This document shows positions 19,219-29,012 of a stretch of DNA of 64,000 nucleotides, one piece after another. Every line of letters begins with the position of its first letter. Within the stretch, counting starts at the first letter, position 1. A program made the translations under genes and the position numbers. The stretch is taken from assembly GCA_964384035.1 (NCBI GenBank), contig CAYLIB010000007.1, positions 18,769 through 82,768 on the forward strand. Reading direction: 5' to 3'. The notes beneath the pieces were generated by a model. That model had not been told where the DNA came from. It searched no databases and saw only the letters and a list, made by a program, of their open reading frames with translations. The DNA is from an uncultured Candidatus Saccharibacteria bacterium. Lineage in GTDB: Bacteria; Patescibacteriota; Doudnabacteria; UBA920.

Positions 19219-19300
19219 GTAATTCAAAATTCAAAAATAAAAATTCAAAATTTAAAGTAAAAACTCAAAATTTGGTATTTACTTTTGAATTTTGAATTAC
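19219..19300 (+). terminator. Long AT-rich hairpin downstream of proS (18-bp perfect stem, 46-nt loop), candidate terminator
   Basis: GTAATTCAAAATTCAAAA (19219-19236) pairs with TTTTGAATTTTGAATTAC (19283-19300); sits inside an array of AATTCAAAA/TTTTGAMTT direct repeats. Confidence 0.4.
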
Positions 19301-19318
19301 AATTTTGACTTTTGATTT

Positions 19319-20395
19319 TTGACTTTTAAATTTACGATCGTGTTTGAGTTTTTGTTTAAACAATTTTCAAAAGATATAGGGATCGATCTTGGTACTGCAA
19401 ATACTCTTGTCTATGTGAAAGGCAAGGGTATTGTTATCAATGAGCCTTCTGTTGTGGCTATTAATCAAAGGACAAAACAGATAGTTGCTATTGGTAGTGA
19501 AGCACAAAGAATGGTAGGTAGAACCCCCACGCATATTGTTGCTACGAGACCTTTGGTCGACGGAGTTATTTCGGATTTTGAGATAACTGAACAGATGTTA
19601 CGGTATTTTATAGATAAGGTTCATAATAAAACTTATACTTTTCTTCGCAGACCAAGGGTTGTGATTGGTATACCTTCCGGGGTTACTGAGGTCGAGAAAA
19701 GAGCTGTTCAAGATGCTGCTCAGAATGCTGGTGCTCGTCAAGCGTATTTAATAGAAGAACCCATGGCTGCGGCAATCGGGGCAAGGCTTCCTGTTCAGGA
19801 TGCGCAAGGGTCGATGATAGTAGACATTGGTGGTGGCACAACCGAGATTGCGGTTATTAGTTTGGGTGGCGTGGTAATAGCTAGAAGCCTTAGGGTGGCG
19901 GGAGATAAAATGAATGAAAATATAATCCAATACGCAAGAGAACGTATGGGTTTAGTGATTGGGGAGAGGACTGCTGAAGAAATGAAAATTAAAGCCGGCA
20001 GCGCATATCCAATTCCTGAAACAATATATGTGAATATGCGTGGTAGGGATTTAGTTTCTGGGTTACCCAAAGAGTTACAAGTAAGCGATGCGGATGTCAG
20101 AGAGAGCTTGGCTCCTTCAGTTAAGATGATTGTAAATACGATAAAAGATGTGGTAGAAGAAATTCCCCCAGAGATTATCTCAGATATTATGCATAAGGGG
20201 ATAGTCTTAGCTGGTGGGGGTGCTGGACTTAGAGGGTTGGATAGGCTTATATCTGAGGCTACACAAATACCTGTTGCGGTCGCAGATGATCCTTTGACTT
20301 GTGTTGTTAGGGGTACGGGGGTAGTGGTTGAGGACTTGGAGGCGCTTAAGGATGTATTGCTCCCTACACAATTTGATAAGAGTTTGAGGCAATAA
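19319..20395 (+). CDS. mreB: Rod shape-determining actin homolog MreB. The true start is probably the TTG/GTG near 19340-19352.
   Basis: KDIGIDLGTANTLVYVKGKGIV, DIGGGTTEIAVISLGG, LAGGGAGLRGLD motifs. Confidence 0.9.
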   Translation: MTFKFTIVFEFLFKQFSKDIGIDLGTANTLVYVKGKGIVINEPSVVAINQRTKQIVAIGSEAQRMVGRTPTHIVATRPLVDGVISDFEITEQMLRYFIDKVHNKTYTFLRRPRVVIGIPSGVTEVEKRAVQDAAQNAGARQAYLIEEPMAAAIGARLPVQDAQGSMIVDIGGGTTEIAVISLGGVVIARSLRVAGDKMNENIIQYARERMGLVIGERTAEEMKIKAGSAYPIPETIYVNMRGRDLVSGLPKELQVSDADVRESLAPSVKMIVNTIKDVVEEIPPEIISDIMHKGIVLAGGGAGLRGLDRLISEATQIPVAVADDPLTCVVRGTGVVVEDLEALKDVLLPTQFDKSLRQ

Positions 20396-20401
20396 AAAAT
20401 T

Positions 20402-21199
20402 ATGAGGTTTATATATACAAGAACATTTGCAGTATTTTTTGGTCTATTAACTCTCGGTGCTATATTTGTATTTCTTCAGACTAAAGGATTTGTAGATCCG
20501 ATAAAAAGAATAATGCTAGAAGCTCCAAAACCTGTGACATACGTGATAAGGGGGATAGTAAGTCCTATTAAGGAATTTTTTTCAACTGTTTCAACCTTAA
20601 AAGAAATTGCAAAAGAGAATGTGAGGTTAAATGAGAGGATTAGAGAGTTGGAACAACAGGTTGTAGCCGGTGATCAGCTTAGGAGTGAAAATCAATTATT
20701 GTTATCTGAATTGGGTTTTGTAAAAGCGAGTAAATTTGAGCTTATAAGGTGTACAGTTTTGTCTTATGACCCACAGGGGATAACAAATACTTTTGTGGTA
20801 AATTGCGGGAAAAACAAAGGATTAAGCCAGGGAATGGCTGTGTTGTCGAACAGTCATTTAGCGGGTAGGTTGATTTATGTAGGGAATCAAACTAGTACCG
20901 CGGAGTTCGTGACAAATCCTAATAGTACTATCGATGGGAAAATATCAAGAAGTGGTAGTCTAGGATTGGTCAGGGGGTCGTTTGCTTCTGGTTTATTATT
21001 TGAATCGCTTTCTCAGACAAGCGATTTTAATAAGGGAGATTTAGTGGTTACTGCTGGGGTGAATAGTTTGATCCCAGCGGGGTTAGTAATAGGTGAGGTG
21101 GATAAGGTTATTACGCAAGATAATGAATTGTTTAAAAAATCTACCGTGATTAGTCCTTTGGTTTTTAGGACGCTTAACTATGTATTTATTGTTAAATAA
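20402..21199 (+). CDS. mreC: Rod shape-determining protein MreC
   Basis: 265 aa; N-terminal TM, coiled-coil (LKEIAKENVRLNERIRELEQQ), C-terminal beta domain; located between mreB and mreD. Confidence 0.65.
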   Translation: MRFIYTRTFAVFFGLLTLGAIFVFLQTKGFVDPIKRIMLEAPKPVTYVIRGIVSPIKEFFSTVSTLKEIAKENVRLNERIRELEQQVVAGDQLRSENQLLLSELGFVKASKFELIRCTVLSYDPQGITNTFVVNCGKNKGLSQGMAVLSNSHLAGRLIYVGNQTSTAEFVTNPNSTIDGKISRSGSLGLVRGSFASGLLFESLSQTSDFNKGDLVVTAGVNSLIPAGLVIGEVDKVITQDNELFKKSTVISPLVFRTLNYVFIVK

Positions 21200-21204
21200 T
21201 AAAA

Positions 21205-21729
21205 TTGAGGTACTTTCTATACATATTAGTAATTATAGTTTTGCTTGGCTTGAATTTTGGCATGTTCACATATTTGCCGTTTTTTGGGATGCATGATTTG
21301 TTGTTACTTTTTTTGTTAGTTTTGGTAACTAATAATGAAGAGGGTTATTATTTTTTTGCCATTTTAGCGGGTGTGTATATGGATTTTATGGTGAATGCGT
21401 TTCCAGGGACTTATCTTTTAGTCTATATACTTTTAGTTTATTTAATTAGGATAATTTTTGATAAAGTTATATTTAATCAAAACCCTATAGGTTATCTTCT
21501 ACTCTCTGTGGCTTCGGTGACTATTGTAATGCCTTTTTGGGTATACTTATATAATCAAGTGTTTTATTGGCTTAAGATAAATGGGGCAATAGGACTTGGT
21601 TTTCCCACGCTTAAAGAAGTGGTAATTAGGCTTGTTTGTAACTTATTATTGCTATTTCCAATTTATTTTTTGGAGAATTTTGTTAGCAATATTCTTATTA
21701 AATTAAGGCATAATAGAAGATTGCTTTAA
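21205..21729 (+). CDS. mreD: Rod shape-determining protein MreD (polytopic membrane)
   Basis: 174 aa, very hydrophobic; operon position after mreC and before PBP2. Confidence 0.5.
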   Translation: MRYFLYILVIIVLLGLNFGMFTYLPFFGMHDLLLLFLLVLVTNNEEGYYFFAILAGVYMDFMVNAFPGTYLLVYILLVYLIRIIFDKVIFNQNPIGYLLLSVASVTIVMPFWVYLYNQVFYWLKINGAIGLGFPTLKEVVIRLVCNLLLLFPIYFLENFVSNILIKLRHNRRLL

Positions 21730-21733
21730 AGTT

Positions 21734-23698
21734 ATGATAAGAAAAGTTAGAAAATTACATAATCCTTTTGATGACCGTCCTAGTACGGAAATTAAACATG
21801 GTCAAGGATTGGAATGGGATGAAGCTATTGCTGATTCAAATAGTGATGTTGACGAGCAGTCTTCGCAAGCAGATACAGCATTGGATATTAAATGGTTGAA
21901 GCCGATAATTGTTTTAGGTTTTGTTTTGTTGTTTGCAAGGTTGTCATATTTGCAAGTTGTGAAAGGTGAGAGCTTGGCGGATAGAGCTGAAGGTAATAGG
22001 ACAAGAAAATTAAGTTTACCTGCACCAAGGGGATTAATAGTTGACAGGTACGGGAATAATTTAACGCATAATGGCGCTAGCTTTAACTTGGTCGCGATAC
22101 CTTTCGACCTACCTCAAGATGGGTTATCTCAAACAATTGAATCGCTGTCTAACACTTTAGGACTAGATGCTAGTGTGATTACAAAAACCATACAAAGTGC
22201 TAATAGGAAATCGTTCCAACCAATACTAATTAAATCTGACTTAGCGGAGAAGGATAGAATATTATTCGAAACTAAGGCGGCTAGCTTTCCAGGCTTTACT
22301 ATTATTACGGTTCCCGTTAGGGATTATGTAGAGCCTCAGATTTACTCGCATTTATTAGGTTATACAAGTGTTATATCTGAAAGTGAGCTAGATAAATTTG
22401 GAGAAGGATACGAGCTATCAGATGTGGTTGGTAAAAGTGGAATAGAGAATCAGTATGAAAGATTTCTGAAAGGAATAAACGGCAGAGAGGAAATTGAGGT
22501 GGACGCTACGGGTAAGCTTATGAAAGTAATAGGTGAAGTTGAACCTAAGGTTGGGAATACTTTGGTGTTGAATATAGATAAAGATCTTCAGGATGAAATA
22601 TATAAATATTTTTCAGTGGGGATTGCTGGGACAAAAGGGGCAGTGGTTGCTATGGATCCCAGAAGCGGAGAAGTGTTGGCATTTTTAAGTTTACCGGGGT
22701 ATAACACTAATTTATTCTCAAGAGGGATTTCTAATGACGATTATAAAAACTTATTGGGTGATAAAAATTTACCTTTATTTAATCGTGTTGTGGCTGGGAC
22801 TTATCCACCGGGTTCTACTGTTAAGCCGATGGTAGGATTGGCGGCTCTTGAAGAGGGTAGTGTGAAGGAAAACACAATCGTACATGATAACGGTAAGTTA
22901 GTTATCCCTAACCAATATAATCCCGGTGTATCATATGACTTCGTGGGTTGGAAAAGAGATGGGTTGGGACCAGTAAATGTCGCTAAGGCAATTGCTGTCT
23001 CGAGTGATATTTTCTTTTATGTGGTTACAGGCGGGCATTCAAGTTCTAATATAACCCCCTTAGGTATAGAAAAGCTTTCCAGGTGGTATAGAAAATTTAA
23101 TTTAGGTAAACCGACTGGTATAGATTTGCCGGGAGAAAAAAGTGGTGTTGTGGCGGATCCTGATTGGAAAGCAAAATATTTTGCAGGAGATAATGTATTA
23201 TCGAGATGGTATCTAGGTGATACGTACCATGTTGGTATTGGACAAGGTGATATGCTTGTAACTCCACTTCAGGTGGCTTCCTGGACAGCTACGATAGCGA
23301 ATAATGGCGTGGGTATGAAGCCGAGGTTACTTAATTCTGTGAAGGATGGCACTGGTAAGGTGGTTTATGAGAGTAAAGAGCAGGTACTCATTCCGAAAGT
23401 GGGGACTGACAAGAATTTGGCTATTGTACAAGGGGGGATGAGGGAGACTATTTTGTATGGTTCCGGTAGGCAGTTGTCTGCGTTACCAATAACAAGCGCA
23501 GGGAAAACCGGGACTTCTCAGTTTGATGGTAGTGACCCTAAAAAGACGCACGCATGGTTTACTGCATACGCCCCATTTGAAAATCCACAAATAGTTGTTA
23601 CTGTATTAGTGGAGGCGGGGGGTGAGGGTCATGCGGCAGCGGTGCCTATTGTGAATAAGGTATTGGCATGGTGGGCTGAACACCGCTACCAAAAGTAG
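21734..23698 (+). CDS. mrdA: Penicillin-binding protein 2 (peptidoglycan D,D-transpeptidase)
   Basis: 654 aa; N-terminal TM; transpeptidase motifs SxxK (GSTVKP), SxN-like (SSD), KTG (AGKTGTSQ); follows mreBCD. Confidence 0.8.
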   Translation: MIRKVRKLHNPFDDRPSTEIKHGQGLEWDEAIADSNSDVDEQSSQADTALDIKWLKPIIVLGFVLLFARLSYLQVVKGESLADRAEGNRTRKLSLPAPRGLIVDRYGNNLTHNGASFNLVAIPFDLPQDGLSQTIESLSNTLGLDASVITKTIQSANRKSFQPILIKSDLAEKDRILFETKAASFPGFTIITVPVRDYVEPQIYSHLLGYTSVISESELDKFGEGYELSDVVGKSGIENQYERFLKGINGREEIEVDATGKLMKVIGEVEPKVGNTLVLNIDKDLQDEIYKYFSVGIAGTKGAVVAMDPRSGEVLAFLSLPGYNTNLFSRGISNDDYKNLLGDKNLPLFNRVVAGTYPPGSTVKPMVGLAALEEGSVKENTIVHDNGKLVIPNQYNPGVSYDFVGWKRDGLGPVNVAKAIAVSSDIFFYVVTGGHSSSNITPLGIEKLSRWYRKFNLGKPTGIDLPGEKSGVVADPDWKAKYFAGDNVLSRWYLGDTYHVGIGQGDMLVTPLQVASWTATIANNGVGMKPRLLNSVKDGTGKVVYESKEQVLIPKVGTDKNLAIVQGGMRETILYGSGRQLSALPITSAGKTGTSQFDGSDPKKTHAWFTAYAPFENPQIVVTVLVEAGGEGHAAAVPIVNKVLAWWAEHRYQK

Positions 23699-23784
23699 CG
23701 AGACTAAGTTCGTAAAATTGAAATTATATTGTGAGATTAGTTTTTGAACTTTACAAGCCATATTAACTTTTAAGAACCACTAAT

Positions 23785-24612
23785 ATGTTAATTGATGGGG
23801 TAAAAATTGCGGAGGCGATATACGATGACTTGGCCAAAAAGGTAAAGAATCTTCCTTTTATTCCTGTGTTTGCAGACCTGGTAGTCGGTGAAGACCAGGT
23901 AAGTATGCAGTATGTCGGAGTGAAGCAAAAAGTTGCCCAAAGAATCGGTGTAGAATTTATTGTTAGTAAGTTACCAGCAGGTTCAGAAGTGACTACTATA
24001 ATAAATGAATTAGAAAAGTTGTCTCATCTTGCCAAGGTATCGGGGATTATTGTTCAGTTACCACTACCTAATGGTATAGATACTGGTTTAGTATTAAGCG
24101 CTTTGCCAATTGGTTTAGATGTTGATGTTGTGAGTGGTCAGGGTAGTGAGCTGTTTTATTCTAATAATAATTTTATTTTGACACCGCCAACTGCGGCGGC
24201 AGTTATGGAAATTTTGAATAGTACGGGCGTTGTGTTGGAGAACAAGAATATATTGGTAATAGGAAAAGGTCAGTTAGTAGGAAAACCTTTCGCTAGATTA
24301 TTGGAGCTAAGAGGACTTCCGTATACGGTATTAGATACTGCTTCCGAAAATCCGAATGAGAAAATAAAAGAAGCGGATGTTATTATAAGTGGGACAGGAA
24401 GGCCGAGATTTATTACAGGGGAGATGATTAAACAGGGGGCTATAGTTATAGATGCCGGCACTGCTGAATCAGCTGGTCAAATAGTTGGGGATATTGATAC
24501 AGAGAGTGTATCGAAAGTTGCCAGTTTTGTTTCCCCTGTACCTGGTGGGGTTGGTCCCGTGACTGTGGCTATGTTGTATAAGAATGTATTAAAAGTTGCT
24601 GGTGGTTCTTGA
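23785..24612 (+). CDS. folD: Bifunctional methylenetetrahydrofolate dehydrogenase/cyclohydrolase
   Basis: 275 aa; PVPGGVGPVTVAMLYKN C-terminal signature; Rossmann GKGQLVGKP. Confidence 0.85.
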   Translation: MLIDGVKIAEAIYDDLAKKVKNLPFIPVFADLVVGEDQVSMQYVGVKQKVAQRIGVEFIVSKLPAGSEVTTIINELEKLSHLAKVSGIIVQLPLPNGIDTGLVLSALPIGLDVDVVSGQGSELFYSNNNFILTPPTAAAVMEILNSTGVVLENKNILVIGKGQLVGKPFARLLELRGLPYTVLDTASENPNEKIKEADVIISGTGRPRFITGEMIKQGAIVIDAGTAESAGQIVGDIDTESVSKVASFVSPVPGGVGPVTVAMLYKNVLKVAGGS

Positions 24613-24663
24613 CCTTATGGTTTATTTTTGGTATAGTTAGGTCATTATTTTTCAAAATTATAA

Positions 24664-25125
24664 ATGAGTAAAAAGTATCTATTGACCCATGAGGGTCTGG
24701 CTAAATTAAATGATGAATTGAAGTTTCTTATAAACGAGAAGCGAAAAGAAGTTATTGAAAGAATTAGAGAAGCAGCGGCTCATGGAGATTTATCCGAAAA
24801 TGCTGACTATGCGCAAGCAAGAGAGGAGCAATCGTTTATAGAAGGTAGGATCCAAGAGATTGAAGAGATGATTAAGAATGCTGAGATAATTACAGCTGCT
24901 ACTCAGCATAATACCGTAACGATCGGTTCTACTGTAACTGTAAAGGTAAACGATCAAAAAAGAACTTATAGTATTGTCGGAAGTAATGAAGCTAATCCAG
25001 GGGAAGGTAAAATTTCTAATGAGTCTTTGGTAGGCAAGTCTCTTTTAGGGAAAAAACTCGGCGATAAATTTACAGTTCAAGCACCAGCTGGTCCAATGGA
25101 ATATGAGATAGTCGAGATAGCTTAA
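24664..25125 (+). CDS. greA: Transcription elongation factor GreA
   Basis: 153 aa; GDLSENADY acidic finger motif; C-terminal FKBP-like domain. Confidence 0.85.
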   Translation: MSKKYLLTHEGLAKLNDELKFLINEKRKEVIERIREAAAHGDLSENADYAQAREEQSFIEGRIQEIEEMIKNAEIITAATQHNTVTIGSTVTVKVNDQKRTYSIVGSNEANPGEGKISNESLVGKSLLGKKLGDKFTVQAPAGPMEYEIVEIA

Positions 25126-25129
25126 ATAA

Positions 25130-25315
25130 AAAAAGATCTTTTGAGGTTGTCCCAAAATTTCATTTCAGTCAATTTTTAAAAATCCCGGCTATGAAGTTTC
25201 CAAAAAAAAATTCAACGATATCGCTGAATTTTTTTTTTGAAATCTTCTCGCCCGGAATTTTTTAAAAAATACCCCGAAAGCAAGTTTTGGGACAGCCTCT
25301 TTGGCGTCTTTTTTG
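25130..25315. repeat. 154-bp near-perfect palindrome (imperfect extension to about 185 bp) centred on GATATC at 25217-25222
   Basis: Left arm GGTTGTCCCAAAA...TTTAAAAATCCCGGC...GTTTCCAAAAAAAAATTCAACGATATCG mirrors right arm CGATATCGCTGAATTTTTTTTTTGAAATC...GCCCGGAATTTTTTAAAA...TTTTGGGACAGCC. Confidence 0.5.
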
Positions 25316-25335
25316 GTATAAAAAAATAGCGCTTG

Positions 25336-25620
25336 TCACGCTGGTATTTCTAACCTTGATTCTTCCTCTAATACTTTGTAACCAGAAAAACCTAGGTCGG
25401 ACATGCTTATGCAGCTACTAACTGGAAAGGTTAAGTTTTGACCTGCGGAGTCGCAAATAGTTACACAGCGTATATCCCAAGTAGGGGTACCGGTCACTGC
25501 GAGAATGCAGCCGTTGTTGGTAAGAATGAATGTCTTGGGGTATATGACTCTATCCAGTCGAGCTTTGGTAAAATTGTTGAGTCGTTCACATAACCAATTT
25601 TCATTGTTTCGATTTGACAT
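25336..25620 (-). CDS. Small Cys-containing hypothetical protein (94 aa), divergent from lysS
   Basis: ORF only; six Cys; no motif recognised. Confidence 0.3.
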   Translation of the reverse strand: MSNRNNENWLCERLNNFTKARLDRVIYPKTFILTNNGCILAVTGTPTWDIRCVTICDSAGQNLTFPVSSCISMSDLGFSGYKVLEEESRLEIPA

Positions 25621-25737
25621 GCGTTTTGCTCCTGAGTTTTGTCATGAAAAGATTTTAGATTATGTGATTTTTTTTGGGTTTTGTCAACTGGGATAGAAAC
25701 CTGTTAAAATGAATGGGTAATTTAATAAATTGGATGT

Positions 25738-27642
25738 ATGCAAGAACGACTTGAAGATATAATTCGAATAAGGAAAGATAAGATATTGGCTTTGGAAAAG
25801 CTCTCTATTGATGTTTATCCTTCGACAACTAACCGTACCCATAGTAATGCGGAAGTACTGGAGAAATTTTCAGACTTACAGGCTAGGGAATTGGTAATAG
25901 TGGGCAGGATAAGATCCTTTAGAGATATGGGAAAACTTATTTTTGTACACATCGATGACGGTACTGCTCGTGTGCAGGTATTGTTAAAAGATGAGCATGT
26001 TGGTGCTGAGAATTTGAAATTTTTTAAGAAACATTTTGATTTAGGAGATTTCGCGGAATTTGCAGGGACGTTATTTGAAACAAAGACAGGTGAGAAAACT
26101 TTGCAGGCTAAAGAATTTAAAATGCTTGCTAAAAGTATTTTACCGTTGCCAAGTGAGCATTTCGGGATAGAAGATACCGAACTAAAACTAAGAAAAAGGT
26201 ATCTGGATATTTTGTTAGATCCAGAGGTTAAGGAGATTTTTATTAAGAAAAACAAATTTTGGCAGGCTTTTAGAAATTTTTTGGAACAAAGAGGTTTTTT
26301 GGAAGTAGAAATGCCAATTTTAGAAGGTATACCTGGAGGCGCAGAAGCGGATCCGTTTATTACCCACCACAATGCACTTGATCGTGATTTTTATTTGCGA
26401 ATCTCACTAGAATTACCTTTGAAGAAAATGTTGGTGGCAGGGTATGAGAAAGTATTCGAAATTGGGAGGATTTTTAGAAATGAAGGTATCTCAACTGAAC
26501 ATTTGCAAGATTACACACAAATGGAGTTTTATTGGGCATATGGGGACTTTGAAGGGCTTCTGAAATTTTGGCAGGAAATGTATCAGTATGTAATAAAAGA
26601 GACTTTTGGGACATTGACTATAGCGTCTAGGGGGAAAACTGTGGACTGGAGTGGCGAGTGGCCAAGGGTTAGTTATGTGCAAGTATTTAAAGAGTATACA
26701 GGTTTAGATTTGCTTTCTTGTTCGGATGAGGACTTAAGGAATTATGCGGATTCAAATTCAATTGAGTATGAAGATTTTGCTCAAAGGGGTAGGCTAATAG
26801 ATGTAATTTTTAAAAAATTTAGAAAACAAATTCCTGGAGACAAGCCATTTTTCTTGATAGATCAACCTATTGAGCTAGAACCATTGGCTAAAAAAGATCC
26901 TAAGAATCCAAAGCTTGTTCAGAGGGCACAAGTAGTTGCTTATGGTACCGAATTGGGTAAAGGGTTTGGAGAGTTAAATGATCCAATAGATCAAAGACAG
27001 AGGTTTACTGAACAGGCTAAGTTAAGAGAAGCAGGTGATAGTGAAGCTCAAATGTTTGATGAAGGTTATGTGGAAGCCATGGAATATGGGATGCCGCCAG
27101 CCGCCGGATTTGGTGTAAGTGAAAGATTGTTTGCTTTGCTTATGGATAAATCTGTAAGAGAAACACAGATTTTTCCTCTGATGAAGGAAGAAGATTTAGG
27201 AAGAGTAGTGAAAAATGAGAAAGAAACACCTTTGGCTGTGGTAGTGGTTAATAATTCTTCTAAATTAGAAAAATGGCAAGAGTTAAATACAGTCGCGCAT
27301 CTAAATGCTGCTTATGGGGCAAGGATGGGTAAGAAATTGTTTTATTCCGAGTCTGCTCATTCTAAGGATGGCAAAGATGTAAAAATGAATACAAGTCATG
27401 CGATTATTATAAAGAGCGCTAATTCAGGAAGCGAGCTTGGTGAGCTTTTGGAAAAAGCAGTTGATTTAAATTTGCACACAGAGGTTTTTTCCAGAGAGAT
27501 GATTAATTCTAGTGATGATAAAAAAGTAATGAAGGAGATAGGTTCAAAAGAATTTAAAGATATTGAATTATTAGGAGTTTTGGTTTTTGGATCTAAGAAA
27601 AAAGTCTCAGAAATCACTTCTGGATTCTCATTATATTCTTAA
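25738..27642 (+). CDS. lysS: Lysyl-tRNA synthetase (class II) with a C-terminal extension of about 140 aa resembling the PTH2 peptidyl-tRNA hydrolase fold
   Basis: 634 aa versus about 500 typical; core FRNEGISTEHLQDYTQMEFYWAY and class II motif 3; the extension (AVVVVNN...NTVAHLNAAYG ... AIIIKSANSGSELGELLEKAVDLNLHTEVF ... LLGVLVFGS) matches Pth2 block order (VIAVR...AAQVAHAA ... VVVKVNSLEELLELYEKAKSLNLPVSLI ... ALGIGP). Confidence 0.85.
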   Translation: MQERLEDIIRIRKDKILALEKLSIDVYPSTTNRTHSNAEVLEKFSDLQARELVIVGRIRSFRDMGKLIFVHIDDGTARVQVLLKDEHVGAENLKFFKKHFDLGDFAEFAGTLFETKTGEKTLQAKEFKMLAKSILPLPSEHFGIEDTELKLRKRYLDILLDPEVKEIFIKKNKFWQAFRNFLEQRGFLEVEMPILEGIPGGAEADPFITHHNALDRDFYLRISLELPLKKMLVAGYEKVFEIGRIFRNEGISTEHLQDYTQMEFYWAYGDFEGLLKFWQEMYQYVIKETFGTLTIASRGKTVDWSGEWPRVSYVQVFKEYTGLDLLSCSDEDLRNYADSNSIEYEDFAQRGRLIDVIFKKFRKQIPGDKPFFLIDQPIELEPLAKKDPKNPKLVQRAQVVAYGTELGKGFGELNDPIDQRQRFTEQAKLREAGDSEAQMFDEGYVEAMEYGMPPAAGFGVSERLFALLMDKSVRETQIFPLMKEEDLGRVVKNEKETPLAVVVVNNSSKLEKWQELNTVAHLNAAYGARMGKKLFYSESAHSKDGKDVKMNTSHAIIIKSANSGSELGELLEKAVDLNLHTEVFSREMINSSDDKKVMKEIGSKEFKDIELLGVLVFGSKKKVSEITSGFSLYS

Positions 27643-27656
27643 TTATCTATAAAAAT

Positions 27657-29012
27657 ATGCTTGATATAAAATATATTCGCGAAAATGTTGAGAAGGTTAA
27701 GAAGGCAATCTTCGATAAAAGGGTGGATTTGAGTTTAGATGAATTATTAGATGTAGACTCTGAAAGAAGGACTTTGCTCGTGGAGGTCGAAGAATTAGCA
27801 GCAACAAAAAATAATGTCTCTAAAGAGCTACCTAAATTGTCTGAAGAGGAAAAGAAAGTAAAACTGCTTGAGATGAAAGAAGTCGATTTTAGGCAGAGCG
27901 AACTTAAAGAAAAACTTAGAACAATTACTGAAAGATATGATTATCTTATGTATTTGGTGCCGAATATTCCCGCTCCTGAAACCCCAGTTGGGAAAAGTGA
28001 TGCAGAGAATATTCCATGGAAATATTGGTCTCCTCCTCTTGGGGTGGTAGATCCTAAAGATATAGATAATGTTGCTAAAGTTCCTTCTGTTTATAGTTTT
28101 CCTGTGAAAGATCATGTAGAGTTGGGTAAGAACTTAGACATTATAGATACAGATGCAGGGGTAAGGACGTCTGGTTTTAGGGGTTACTATTTGAAGAATG
28201 AGGCTGTGTTGTTACAGCAGGCTTTGGTAAATTTGGCCTTGGAAAAGTTAAGAAATAGAGAATTTACATTAATGGTGCCTCCTGTTTTAGTGAGAGAGTC
28301 AGCATTGTTAGGTAGTGGGCATTTTCCTACGGGTAGGGATGAGATTTATCAAGTAGCAAGTAGTGGCTCTGTGAAAAATGGTAAGTTTTCTGAAGAGGAA
28401 CCTACTTTTTTAGCTGGGACTAGTGAGCCTAGTTTACTTGCTTATTATCAAGATCAGGTACTCGAAGAAAAGGATTTGCCTATTAAGCTTGCTGGTGTAT
28501 CTGCTTGTTTTAGAAGCGAGGTTGGTAGTTACGGTAAGGACACGAGGGGTATATATAGGATTCATGAATTTCAGAAGGTAGAGCAAGTTGTTATGTGTAA
28601 GGCAGATGTTAATGAAGCAGATCAATGGTTGGAAAATTTACGAGAGGTTGCCGAAGAGATTCTGCAAGACCTTAAGCTTCCTTATAGAGTAATACATGTA
28701 TGTACAGGGGATATGGGTGCTGGAAAGTATAAGATGTATGATATAGAGACTTGGATGCCTTCGAGGGCAAGTTACGGTGAAACTCATAGCGATAGTAGTT
28801 TAACTGACTGGCAAAGTAGACGTCTGGGTATTAGATATAAAGATGCTTCGGGAAAAATACGTTATGTTTATACTTTAAATAATACAGCTGTCGCAAGTCC
28901 TAGAATATTAATTCCTATTTTAGAGACGTATCAACAGCAAGATGGTAGTGTTATAGTTCCGGATGTGCTCAGAAAATGGACTGGTTTCGAAGTAATAAAA
29001 CCAAAAAATTAG
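27657..29012 (+). CDS. serS: Seryl-tRNA synthetase
   Basis: 451 aa; N-terminal coiled-coil tRNA-binding arm MLDIKYIRENVE...; class II catalytic core. Confidence 0.9.
   Translation: MLDIKYIRENVEKVKKAIFDKRVDLSLDELLDVDSERRTLLVEVEELAATKNNVSKELPKLSEEEKKVKLLEMKEVDFRQSELKEKLRTITERYDYLMYLVPNIPAPETPVGKSDAENIPWKYWSPPLGVVDPKDIDNVAKVPSVYSFPVKDHVELGKNLDIIDTDAGVRTSGFRGYYLKNEAVLLQQALVNLALEKLRNREFTLMVPPVLVRESALLGSGHFPTGRDEIYQVASSGSVKNGKFSEEEPTFLAGTSEPSLLAYYQDQVLEEKDLPIKLAGVSACFRSEVGSYGKDTRGIYRIHEFQKVEQVVMCKADVNEADQWLENLREVAEEILQDLKLPYRVIHVCTGDMGAGKYKMYDIETWMPSRASYGETHSDSSLTDWQSRRLGIRYKDASGKIRYVYTLNNTAVASPRILIPILETYQQQDGSVIVPDVLRKWTGFEVIKPKN

Noticed and set aside
25505-25696. 63-aa plus-strand ORF overlapping the minus-strand 94-aa ORF
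   Set aside because: Mutually overlapping with 25336-25620 in the lysS divergent promoter region. Neither is well supported; the longer minus ORF was kept at low confidence.
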